A stretch of DNA of 64,000 nucleotides, from assembly GCA_964016885.1 (NCBI GenBank), contig OZ024742.1, forward strand, positions 206,212,001 to 206,276,000, written 5' to 3'. The position numbers and the translations under genes were made by a program. Positions 1 through 10,700 of this stretch are shown in pieces. The notes beneath the pieces are model-generated. The model did no database searches. It was not told the DNA's origin and worked only from the letters and a program-made list of their open reading frames with translations. Position 1 is the first letter of the stretch, and every line of letters begins with the position of its first letter. Source of the DNA: Eledone cirrhosa (taxonomy: Eukaryota).

Positions 1-107
1 TGGCAATATACTGTATACTTAATTAAAAAACATTTTGAAGACCTTACGCTATTATTTTAAAGTAGTGACTATGTCACTTACTTCTTTTTTCAACAAACAA
101 AGGGAGA

Positions 108-153
108 TAAGCTGACAGATCTGTTTCACACTGTTGCTGATCATCAGAGCTTA
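108..153 (-). ncRNA. Minimal type I hammerhead ribozyme (array unit 1)
   Basis: Minus strand: taagct-CTGATGA-tcagcaacagtgt-GAAA-cagatctg-TC-agctta. Stem I taagct/agctta, palindromic stem III acagatctgt, GUC cleavage triplet. Confidence 0.8.
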
Positions 154-424
154 GCACTCACCAACTTTTGTTGAAAATTATAGAGGCTGGATTCTTATAG
201 AATTCCAGTAATAATCAGGAACTGATTATACAGACCGATTGCCGGTCCAGCAAAAATTGAAAATTAGGATTGGTGCTCTGAAATAGCGATGTATACATGA
301 ATATATGCATAGTATATTTGGCAATATACTGTATGCTTAATTAAAAACATTTTGAAGACCTTGCGCTATTATTTTAAAGTAGTGACTATGTCACTTACTT
401 CTTTTTTCAACAAACGAAGGGAGA

Positions 425-470
425 TAAGCAGACAGATCTGTTTCACACTGTTGGTGATCATCAGAACTTA
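425..470 (-). ncRNA. Minimal type I hammerhead ribozyme (array unit 2)
   Basis: Minus strand: taagtt-CTGATGA-t-cac-caaca-gtg-t-GAAA-cagatctg-TC-tgctta. Stem II cac/gtg; stem I has a wobble and a mismatch. Confidence 0.7.
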
Positions 471-779
471 GCACACGCTGACCTTTGTTGAAAATTATAG
501 AGGCTGGATTCTTATAGAATTCCAGTAATAATCAGGAACTGATTATACAGAGCGATTGCCGGTCCAACGCAAGGTCTTCAAAATGTTTTTAATTAAGCAT
601 ACAGTATATTGCCAAATATACTATACATATATTCATGTATACATCGCTATTTCAGAGCACCAATCTTAATTTTCAATTTTTGCTGGACCAGCAATCGGTC
701 TGTATAATCAGTTCCTGATTATTACTGGAATTCTATCTGAATCCAGCCTCTATAATTTTCAACAAAGGTCGGCGAGTGC

Positions 780-825
780 TAAGCTCTGATGATCAGCAAC
801 AGTGTGAAACAGATCTGTCAGCTTA
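780..825 (+). ncRNA. Minimal type I hammerhead ribozyme (inverted array unit)
   Basis: taagct-CTGATGA-tcagcaacagtgt-GAAA-cagatctg-TC-agctta on the + strand. Confidence 0.8.
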
Positions 826-1020
826 TCTCCCTTTGTTTGTTGAAAAAAGAAGTAAGTGACAGAGTCACTACTTTAAAATAATAGCGCAAGGTCTTCAACA
901 TTTTTTTAATTAAGCATACAGTATATTGCCAAATATACTATACATATATTCATGTATACATCGCTATTTCAGAGCACCAATCCTAATATATATATATATG
1001 TGTGTGATTCATAAGATGTC

Positions 1021-1111
1021 TTCTACAGGACTAGAACTGTTTCATTTGTAGGAAATCATCAGGACATACCTGATGATTTCATATGAATGAGACAGTTCTG
1101 GTCCTGTAGAA
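1021..1111. repeat. Palindrome made of two divergent HHR-like PLE terminal sequences
   Basis: ttctacaggactagaactgtttcatt...aaatcatcagg / cctgatgatttc...aatgagacagttctggtcctgtagaa. Both arms have CTGATGA..GAAA (GAGA in one)..cag-loop-ctg-TA; stem I is weak. Homologous to 62458-62600. Confidence 0.65.
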
Positions 1112-1130
1112 TCCATTTCTATATTAAATA

Positions 1131-1316
1131 ATTGTTTCTACTTTAGGCACAAGGCCAGCAATTACCCAGTACATTACTGGTACTTTATTTTATCGACCCC
1201 GTAAGGATGAAAGGCAAAGTTAACCTCGGCGGGATTTGAACTCAAACCGTAAAGGGACATAACTATGCTAGAAAGCATGGCGTCTAACCCTCTACCGATA
1301 CTGCCAATTCACCGCC
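1131..1316 (-). mobile_element. tRNA-derived SINE with ~13-bp TSD, inserted into a PLE terminal remnant
   Basis: Minus strand has A box (tggcagtatcggtag), B box (gagttcaaatcc) and a core 'ctttgcctttcatcc..ggggtcgataaaataaagtaccag'. Flanked by 'tctatattaaata' on both sides. Copies at 32003 and 40368. Confidence 0.85.
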
Positions 1317-1470
1317 CTCTATATTAAATAATGATGTCTATACTCTACTAATGCATTGAGTACCTTTTTAACTGTGGTTGCCCTTGATTTAACTTGGGAT
1401 CTATACACATACACACATATATATCTATTTATATGTATATATATAAACACATTTGTGTGATGTTATCAGG

Positions 1471-1600
1471 CATCATCATCATCATCATCATCATCATTAT
1501 CGATTAAGGTCTATCTTCCATGCTAACATGGGTTAGACGGGTTTGTCCTTTTTATAGGCAAGTTAGGTCGGGTGACCATGTCTTGCTCATATAGGAGTGT
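1471..1600 (-). mobile_element. RTE-tail fragment with (ATC)n tail
   Basis: (cat)n followed by 'cttccatgctaacatgggttagacggg', which matches the 3' end of the RTE copies. Confidence 0.65.
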
Positions 1601-1674
1601 TATTGCCTGGCATGAGAATGTATACTCAATATTGAAGTAGAGTTAAATGATATTCTTTATTATGGCTAAGTGAC

Positions 1675-1728
1675 GAGTCTTGTTACTCTGGAGTTTCCCC
1701 TGTGTACTCACAGGATCATCAGACAAGT
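1675..1728 (-). ncRNA. Type I hammerhead ribozyme (left member of a divergent pair)
   Basis: Minus strand: cttgt-CTGATGA-t-cctgtg-agta-cacagg-g-GAAA-ctccagag-TA-acaag. 6-bp stem II, stem I cttgt/acaag, GUA site. Confidence 0.8.
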
Positions 1729-1774
1729 CTTGTCAGATGACCCTATGAAGTGAAACTCTAGAGTAACAAGACTC
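1726..1774 (+). ncRNA. Degenerate type I hammerhead ribozyme (right member of the pair)
   Basis: agtcttgt-CAGATGA-ccctatgaagt-GAAA-ctctagag-TA-acaagact. 8-bp stem I, palindromic stem III actctagagt, core U4 changed to A. Confidence 0.65.
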
Positions 1775-1779
1775 ATCAT

Positions 1780-2260
1780 GTTCATTGTCATTTTAACGTC
1801 TGCTTTCCCTGTTAGCAAGGGCTGGATGGGTAGACATAGACCAAGTCAATACTGAAATGGAGCCACTGTTCGCCCAGGCAGGGAACTCTGTCTCACTTAT
1901 GTATGGTCAACACTCCACCTAGTGCACAGGAGAGGTTGTCATGTCTTTGAAACAATTGAGGATTCTCCCAACATTTTGTTTTATAAGATTTCTATGGCTG
2001 ATGCCCTTCCTATCACCAACCACTTTACAGTATGTACTGAGTGCATTTGTCATGTAGATCACCAACAGTAGGGAGTCTGTCATGTCCTTGACATGACTGA
2101 GGTATTCCCCCAACCCTTTGTCTGGCAAACTTTCTACAGTTGGATGCCCTTCCAATCACCAACACTGCTTTACAGTGTGTACTGCGTGTGTTTATCATGT
2201 AGATCACCCAAACACTAAGGAGGTTGTCATGTCCTTGACATAGCTGAATGCCATTCCATC
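1780..2260 (-). repeat. Degenerate RTE-tail/SINE-derived repeats with a locally triplicated ~145-bp unit
   Basis: 'ggaggttgtcatgtccttgaca'-like motif at ~1929, ~2071 and ~2219; 'gatgcccttcc..tcaccaac' matches RTE 3' UTRs. Confidence 0.5.
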
Positions 2261-2277
2261 ACTAACGACTCCCCAAT

Positions 2278-3075
2278 ATCATCATCATCATTTTACATCC
2301 GTTTTTCCCTGCTTGCAAGTGTGGGACAGATCCTATTCAGCACATCATCTCTCCACTTGTCACAGTCCTTCGTCATCTCCTCCGTGAGCTTCAGCGATCT
2401 GAGGTCCGCTCTCACCACCTCCGCCCGTGTTTTTCATGGACTTCCTCTACTGTGTCTTCCTTCTACTGGGATTTCTTTGCCCTTCTTTACCCAGCGGTCA
2501 TCCTCCATACGCATCACATGTCCATACCATTGCAGTCTTCTCTCCCGCACACTACAACTTATCCCTCTTATACACAGTTTCTCTCTCAACTCATCTATGC
2601 TTGGTCATTCACACACATTGACACTACATATCCAACGGAGCATGCTTACTTCATTTCTCTCCAACCATTGCATATCCTCTGCAGTTGCTGCCCATGTCTC
2701 ACTACCATGCAGGATCGCGCATCTCACACATGCATCATATAACCAGCTTTTTGTATGCAGGGAGAAACCCTTCTTTGTCAACAGAGGAAGCAGTTCCCTA
2801 AACTTCTTCCAGCCCGTCCTTATTCTAGATACTATGGCCTCGGAAGACGCCCCCCCCCCTCCCATGTTAATCTGATCACCTAGGTACCGGAAGCTATCAA
2901 CCACTTCTATAGAACCTACCTGCTTTTGAAAAATGTGTCTATCACTGCAACTTCTACTGTCAAATTTCCCTGTACATCTACTGCATATGTAGTTTTTCCT
3001 ACCTGTTAGTTTGCCTGCTATCCCACTAGATCTCTTGTGTACCCAAGATCTGCATTGTGTACATTTTATAGAGTT
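2278..3075 (-). mobile_element. RTE-clade LINE, 3' fragment (divergent subfamily)
   Basis: ORF 2605-3126 contains SIKCTQCRSWVHKR...VDSFRYLG...RIRTGWKKFRELLPLL...LHGSETW. (ATC)n tail at 2278; 5' end abuts (TA)n. Confidence 0.9.
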
Positions 3076-3079
3076 TATG

Positions 3080-3125
<46 letters not shown>

Positions 3126-4624
3126 TATATATACATATAAAGTTATATCTGTATAAATAGAGTGTGTAACTGAGACTGCACCAATGTGTATAAATATATG
3201 CACATATCTAATATGCAGGCATGTAAACATGTAAACATGCCAGAAAATACGAATTTCCTTGTAAATTGAAAAAAAGGATAAGCATTTTAAATCGATTTTC
3301 CGATCTAATTGGACCTTCATTAGAAGGCGTGCATATCATCCAATGAACTACAATTTTCCATGCTTGCATGGGTTAGACAATCCCTCTCCAATACAAGCTC
3401 GCTCCACTTATTTCTTTTCTTTGTTATCTCCTTTGTGTGGTGTAGTTTCTTTTACCACATCTGCCCATGTTTTTCTTGGCTTTGCATTTGAAACACCTGA
3501 TACTTCTTTATCAAGTGGCTATCCTCCATACATATTACATCTCTATACCAGCACACTCTTTTCCCCTGCACACAACATCTGATATCTCTTATGATCAGGT
3601 ATAATATATGTATCATATACACAATTAAAATATCTGCTCAGTGTTGCTACATAGATGCAAAGCAACCTTGGTACACTGGTAAAATTCACACAGTTCGCTC
3701 TGTAAAGTGGTTGACAATCGAATCAAGACAACATAGGTTAAAGTGGGCTCTTTAGTCTTGTTGAAGACATGGCAACCTCTTTAGTGTTATTGTCACAATA
3801 AAATGCAACTAGTATACTGTGGTTATATATTAAGTGGTTGGTGCTAGGAAGAGAATCTAGCCATAGAAACCAGGCTAACAATTGGAATGTGTGAGTGAGA
3901 TGTGGCATTTAGACCCATCTAGAAAGGCAGTAACACCAAATAAGAACTGACTCAGACCATAACAATCTGTCTAGCTCATGTTAACATGGAAAACAGACCT
4001 AAAATGACAATGATATATTTTACATGTATATATGTGATGTGGTCTTTGTATTGAGAAGCGTTCATTGCATGGAGAGTGCCTGGCTCCGAAACTGGGGTGC
4101 CGCTGTGTGAAGGGTTTGGTGTGGAAACCTGGCCTGTCCCTCCACATAGTGGTGCCACCCAGCACCAGGTTCCCAAACTGTGGTTCTGCACCTGTCCTTC
4201 CTTATAGAGGTGTCATCCAGCACCAGGCCCCAAAACTATGGTTACGTTGTGAGACAGGTTAAGTGTGGTCAGCGCTAAATGTTGATGATGATGTGAGCAT
4301 GTGTGTGTATTCTTTTTTGTCTTATGTTGCATTTGATATTGCTGGGGAAGCTCATGATGTTTGTCTATGTCCTATGGTTGGACAGGTAGATGTGTGAAAG
4401 TTCCATAACTTAATAAAAAAAATTTTTTTTTGCATCTTGTAGTTGAAAAATGTATTGTAGCCGAGGAGGAGTATAATTGATATCTGCATAGATAAGTTTG
4501 TTAACTTTTTCTTTCAACATCATTTTCTAGGGATGTAGTCCTATAATGTCTCATATGACATTTGGTGATCAGTGTTTTAAACATTTATAATCCATGTGAG
4601 AGTAACATTGAAAGAGAATGTGTG

Positions 4625-4925
4625 CATGTATATGTGTGTGTGAAGGGAGAGAAAAGGGAAAGAGTGGGGAGAGAGAAGGAGAGTGTGAGGAATAGAGAGA
4701 AAAGAGAGAGAGAGAGAGTGTGGAGAGAAAGAGAGATGAGAGGGGGAGAGAGAGAAGAGAGAGTGGGGGAGAAAGAGAAGAAAGAGAGTTGAGGAGAAAG
4801 AGAAAAGCGAGAATGGGGTAGAGAGAGAAAGAGAGTGTGGGAGAGAGAGAAGAGAGAGTTTGGGCGAGAGAAAAGAAAGTGGGGGAGAAAGAGGGGGGGA
4901 GCGAGGGAGAGGGAGTTTGTGTGTG
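4625..4925. repeat. Purine-rich (GA)n low-complexity tract
   Basis: Directly visible; explains the spurious ORFs 4562-4792 and 4577-4945. Confidence 0.9.
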
Positions 4926-6049
4926 AGTGTTGGATGGATATTCAAGGTTTTCTACAAAATGATCATTAATATTTGTTTCAATTATCTAAAAATGCTGTAA
5001 TTTGATATGGATGTAGTAAATAAGTTTTTAAGGATCAAGTTTCTTTGGTGATAGTACAGTTGTATGTTTCTATGATCGTGTGTAACACTCATAAAGGATG
5101 ATGTTGAAAAGCGTGTCTAAGATAGGAAATAATTCCAATAGTTGGCATGCCAACTGCAGGTGAATTTGTCAGTATTTAAGGTACAACAGATTTAATGAAG
5201 TTGGTGATGGAGTAACTTTAGAAGCAAACAAATAGCTAGTTGGCGGGAGTGATTTTCTTGAATTAAGAGTAGCAATTGTGATAAAGCATGTGGCACAGCT
5301 GTGGGTCTTGAAAGCAATGAGGCTGTTCACAGAGTAGTAAGCACTATGGAAAATAGATGTCATTCATTCATGTAGATGTATATCATCTGAAATGAAATTT
5401 TAAACTTTAAATTAGCTGCAAGAGCCATCAACAAAACCCCATGGTGAGTAACATGGCTGATTCTGCAATAGGGTATCTTTTATTTGGTGTTAATTTATGA
5501 TTTCAGTTTTCATAATAACAATGGTAGTGGTGATTTATAACTTAATAGACACAGGCTGAGGACTGCAAGCAACATCTGTTGTGAGAACAGTACACTAGTA
5601 ATATTGTTTTCATGAAATGTCATGATACCTTTAATACACTCATTAGCAATTTTATTACCATCAATTTTTTCCCATGCTTGCATGGGTTGTTCAAGTGCAC
5701 AGTATTGATTATTTCCCAAGCTATTTCTGTTATTTGTTGATTGTTCTATCATATCCTGCATATATCCTAATTGATGCCCAACTATCTCAGTCTACAATTT
5801 CCTTTGTCTGATCTCTTGCTGCCATCAACTGTCACCTCATGACACTGTCATGCCACTCACTAGAAATGTTTGTTCTTTGTTAATTAGGTTTTATTGAAAC
5901 ATACCCAATAGAAATGTAGTATTACAAACTCAATTTTTCAAACAAATTAAAAATGAATTTATATTTGAGTGTAAAAAAACAAAACAAAACAACTCTTTAT
6001 ATATATATATATATATAAGAATTTAGTATATAAATGTACCATTAAAGCA

Positions 6050-7670
6050 AATAATAATATTACTACATAGGTGCAAATTCATCGAACTTTAAACTGAGAT
6101 TTTCCAATCATAAACATTCTTTTTCTAATCCGGATAAAAAAATTTCTACTTCTTTATCACAATTAATATGGTCTTTAAAAGAGAGAAATATAAAATACTC
6201 AATCTTTTGCACTAAACATAGGAACTGTGAAGTTTATCGGAATAATTCCATTTCACCTAACTGCAATCTTTGCAATACCGAGACTCTATTAATAATTGCT
6301 AATTAGGGTAATTTAATTAATAAAAAAAGTGAATTATTCTCAAATTGCCTCCATAAATCTGCAACAACATTTCAAGCATCATATAAAATTAGGAAAAAAC
6401 ATTGACTGAGCGAGAAAAGATATTGACTCTTATTAATAATTCTTCTAATTATTGCTATTATTGCTATTATTGATGTTGTGTATAATGTCTCTACCTCACC
6501 TTAGGAAATGCATACCTGTTCTTTAAAAGAGTATGATAATCTCTTGATTGGTTAAATACCTTTAGTTTCGATTTAGAATCCTCTTTTTAAATCCTGTATT
6601 TTATAAATTTGAGATCTGTAATATCTTCAGACTTTTAAACCGTTTAATTTAATTTAAACGTTTAGATATGTCGTATGAAGATATTGTTTACATTTATAGT
6701 GTATAAGTTTGGTTTTATCTAAATTGAGTAATAATCTGTATTTAACTTGATTTATAGTATTGAATACAGTAAAATTTGGTTGAATCGAAATATTAATACT
6801 CTCAAGTGTAAATATAATTAATAATTAATCATATATGTAATTGACAAATATCGATTTAAATAGTATTGTTTATACAGATGCTAATATCTAAGTAAGTTAA
6901 GTTTAATAATATCATATTTACTATATTTGTAAGCACCATTGTTAGTTAATAATATTTTTAACTTTTAATTTTATAACTTAATTATTGAATGTATTTACTA
7001 ATTTAAATTTGCTCCAGATTATCTTTGAAAATATGTTATATTATCTTATATCACTTTATATTATTTTAATTTTGATATAATATAATAGTATAATTTCTTT
7101 CAAATATTATAGAGTAAAAATTTCACGGTATTTAATTGATCGTTTCTACCTAACTTAATATTTGAAAAAAAAACGGTCACGCATCATGTACCTCTATTCT
7201 TCTTATGTAATTATTTTATACCATCTATATCTCCCTTTCCTCGTTTTTATCTTCATCTCTCTATCTTTTCCTTTTCTCCTCTATTTAGCTCTCTCTCTCT
7301 CATTTGTTTTTTTCTCTAATACGGATATTTACATATTTAATTATTTAAATATTTAACAGTTATGTACTGATGTGTTTATGTATTTTACTTATCTATATAT
7401 GTATTTATTTTATTTTTTTCTACACATTTTCCTACTCACCCTCTCTATTATATGTAGTTTGTCATGTTACTGCTTATGGTATATAAATATTGAGTTTTGT
7501 CATAACTAATCACTGCCAAGACTGGAATTGAACCATCAGCACAGTTGAAGTATGTCAGACATCAATTTATTTTATCTGATGAGGACGTACTGAGGAAACA
7601 GCACAGTACCTCTGAAATATATATAATAAAATATATTTGATCACATGAATGTCTATATTTATTAATATTT
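6050..7670 (+). mobile_element. Highly decayed Penelope-like element 3' region ending in a hammerhead
   Basis: Reverse-complement similarity to 11990-13005 (e.g. 'ggtcacgcatcatgtacc' vs 'ggcacatcatgcgtgacc') and a terminal HHR. The left boundary is uncertain. Confidence 0.5.
7568..7633 (+). ncRNA. Type I hammerhead ribozyme at a PLE end
   Basis: tattttat-CTGATGA-ggac-gtactg...cagtac-ctct-GAAA-tatata-TA-ataaaata. 8-bp stem I and palindromic AU stem III. Confidence 0.75.
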
Positions 7671-7789
7671 TGAATATATATATATATATATAACAAATAG
7701 TTTTATCGCTGTACATGGCTGAATACAAGAAATGTAATCTGAACTTTTCGACTATTAATAATAATATTCGATTCGTTTGCAATTATACA

Positions 7790-7980
7790 ATCAGCCTGCT
7801 TTGCATATTAGCAGACTGGCTGATATTTAAATATGGCAAAGCTGGCCATTAATTGCTTGTATACATGAAACTGACTGGCCTATCTGGCTGATATGCAAAT
7901 CTGGCTGATTAGTGGGTCTGCTAATATGCAGATCTGACTGATCAGCCAGTCTGCTAATATGCAAATCAGGCCAATCAGTC
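7790..7980. repeat. Imperfect minisatellite with internal inversion
   Basis: 'ttgcatattagcagactggctgat' near 7801 versus 'atcagccagtctgctaatatgcaa' near 7941, with repeated 'ctggctgat' units. Confidence 0.6.
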
Positions 7981-8445
7981 ATTGTATATTCCAGAAAATA
8001 TCATATATTTTCACTAGCTCTGACGGTTAAAAGGTAAGCAGTATACAGTACTGATTAGTGTCTGCAATTCTGTTTATATGTCAAGACAGGAGATAGAATG
8101 ATGGGGTATTCTATTTATATGTCTTTGAGGCTGTCTGCGTAATTGCAAATGAATTGAATATTATTATTAATATTAGAAAAGCTCAGATTTACATATCCTC
8201 ATTTCATCATTTCATTTTATATATATATATATTTATATATATAAATGTTATTTCATATATATATATTTATATATATAAATGTTATTTCATATATATATAT
8301 ATATTTATATATATAAATGTTATTTGCTTCCAAACTCTGTATTTATAATACTAGGCTTTTGATATTATTATCTATGATATTTCTGACTTGCAAAACTGTG
8401 TCACACATGGAGCAATACAAATCTATCTGCTAAAAAGAATTATAC

Positions 8446-8660
8446 AGGGTGAGCAAAAAGTCTTTCCCTGATTATTAAATACCATATCTCGGATACTATT
8501 TGAGATTTTTCTTTTTCATTGTTTTAATTTATAAATTTCAAGTTTCAAGTTTTTCTGACCATATTTTACATTTTCTCTTCTAGAGGAAGTAGTTGTAATT
8601 TTCAATAACAAAATAGCATCAATGAAACAAAAAGCTCAGTGTGTTTTGTAGTTTCAAAGA
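8446..8660 (+). mobile_element. Tc1/mariner-superfamily left-end remnant
   Basis: TA then CAGGGTGAGCAAAAAGTC TIR-like start. Downstream 'MKQKAQCVL*FQ' resembles the N-terminus of IS630-Tc1-mariner transposases. Confidence 0.5.
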
Positions 8661-10129
8661 CTTTATGCTCATCTTGTATAATTCAGATTGAAAATATGAA
8701 ATTGAAATATATTTTTCCTTTTCCTATCTGAAACTATTTTTCTCTGGATACACAAAGAGGAGGTGAATAGATTAGAAACCGACAATTCTGTGTCTCTATA
8801 TTTTGTGGGTTGCACTTGATAATTATCAGCAACTCCACATTTTCAAAAGAGCTGAGTTAGTTTTAATTAAAAAATATTAAGAGTACAAAACAAGGAGAAG
8901 TATAATCAAACAGAATTTCTAATTTTAAAATTCAGTATCTGATGTAGCAAGCAAGTAAACTTCAATAAAAATGGAATAAATAATAAAAGAGAAAAAAATA
9001 TTATTAAAAAATAGTCAAGCATGAAACATTTTATTGTATATGTTTTTCCTGTTATAATTAAAATTAAGCTGCTCTTTTTTCTAATTGTAAATATTCTTTG
9101 TAGCTTAAATACTGCAAAGAATCATGATAGTTGTTGAATGAGAAAACCATGTTTCTCAGTTTCTGAGTTATTTTCAGTGCAATGTATTGAACTATGGTCA
9201 TAGAGAATTAAGTGTATTATTTGGCAAGACTCTATTTGTTGTGGGAGAGGTAAGCCTAACACCCTATCTAGTTAACATCTTTTTCTCCTGTCCTAATGAC
9301 CCAAGATGTTGTCTTAGCAATTGGTCCCCTTCTGCCTCAATTCATAACTGGTGGATGCCCCAGTAACTACACATTTTAAAAACATACCATCTACTGTCAC
9401 TGAAATTCTGCTAGAAAACTTACATGTAGCTGTGTTGCAGCTGTATAATGGAAACACATAGTCTAAAATACCTGGAAATACCCACCCACCTCCACTAGTT
9501 GGAGTGCATTTACTCACCACTGCAATGCCTGCATGACATTGCAGTGCACATGAAAAGACAATGATGCATCAATACATCACATCACACAGCCTACAAGCTC
9601 TCACACTTAAATTGTAACTAGTACTTTTGGTTCTTTGTCAAGAGAATCTACCAATTTTGCAGAATCCTTCTATATACCACTCTTTAAATGTGAATGGCTC
9701 CACATGCAGTAATCTCATGGAAAATCATAAATTTTTGCAGCCCACCTTACTTTCAACTCTAATATGTACACATTTAAGAAAACTGCTTCCTCCCTCAGTT
9801 CCACCATCATCTACACATACTTACCAAGTGTCAAAAGAACAATGAAACCCACTTTTAGTTAATTATTTAAAAGAAATGAAGTCACTAACCTAGACAATAT
9901 CGCTCCCATTAACCTCATACGGTTAGTTCAAAGTGCAGTCCAGAGTTAGGTGTAATTTTTATAAAACTCTTTCTTTCTCACTCTACTGGGATCTATTCCA
10001 ATTTTTAGAAGCCATCTACAGTATGTCTCATCTCCATCCACTGTCAATTATCTTCCTCATTTCAAAAAAAGGTAATGAAAACAATTAATAATTATTGTAT
10101 TCAATACCTTTTGTCTTTTTTCTCTTCCA

Positions 10130-10700
10130 AGAACCACCAATACAATAAAGCTAGATTCACCAGGGACATACTCCCTTGTGTTGTTCACCAATGGTTTTTC
10201 ATTCTTGGCCTGAAAACCTCATATCAGATCTTGCTAATGCCGTATATTCTGAGACCTACACTATCAAATACAGTGTGCTCCAATATAACTCAAATACTCT
10301 TTTTTCTGTACATTATTAACCTAATCACTGTCACTGTTAAAAATGTTCACTGCATCATAAAGTTTAGCTAACTTTCCCCTTCAAAGCCAGAATGTATCTG
10401 AACAATTTCTGATGTTCTATAAAGCTGAAAAAGGACCCAGTTTGGAGTATTGTTACCAGATAGTGCTATTGATTCATACACAAACATCATAGACCAAATC
10501 AAAAAGGTAACCAATACACTACAACTTCTGACACATGTTTTATCCCACAAGATCTGCACAAACCAGTGCCCAGCACTTCATTTCCAGAAATTCTCTTCCT
10601 TACATTTTTTTCTGCAGATGCAATTCAATCTTATCATCAGAGTTGGAGGGCCTGCAAGTGCCATGATCACTGCCCCTTTCTTTAGACTAAGTCATTAAAT
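10130..10700 (+). mobile_element. Very decayed LINE RT remnant (CR1/L2/Jockey-like)
   Basis: 'FYKA..(R)PSLEYCYQI' across 10415-10460 resembles the LYK..VRP.LEYC motif of the RT thumb. Confidence 0.3.

Larger units (their letters stand above)
1..987. repeat. Tandem array of ~317-318 bp units with an orientation switch at ~567; each full unit carries a hammerhead ribozyme (candidate non-LTR retrozyme)
   Basis: Unit start 'tggcaatatactgtat' recurs at 1 and 319. 568-987 is the reverse complement of the unit. The array runs off the left window edge. Confidence 0.9.

Noticed and set aside
1-987. CRISPR array or plain satellite
   Set aside because: There are no short repeats with unique spacers. 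The units are ~317 bp in eukaryotic context and are better explained as an HHR-bearing repeat.
1131-1316. tRNA gene
   Set aside because: A/B boxes are present but there is no cloverleaf. It is multi-copy with a TSD and shared core, so it is a SINE.
2321-2875. Long + strand ORFs overlapping RTE copies (also 14714, 46293, 57919, 58333)
   Set aside because: They are antisense shadows of the LINE ORF with no independent motifs.
4060-4260. GC-richer patch with short repeated motifs (cagcaccagg..ccaaact)
   Set aside because: Too short and degenerate to assign; probably a decayed repeat.
5169-5400. Possible minus-strand exon after 'tttcatttcag'
   Set aside because: All three frames hit stops shortly after the acceptor and no domain is recognisable.
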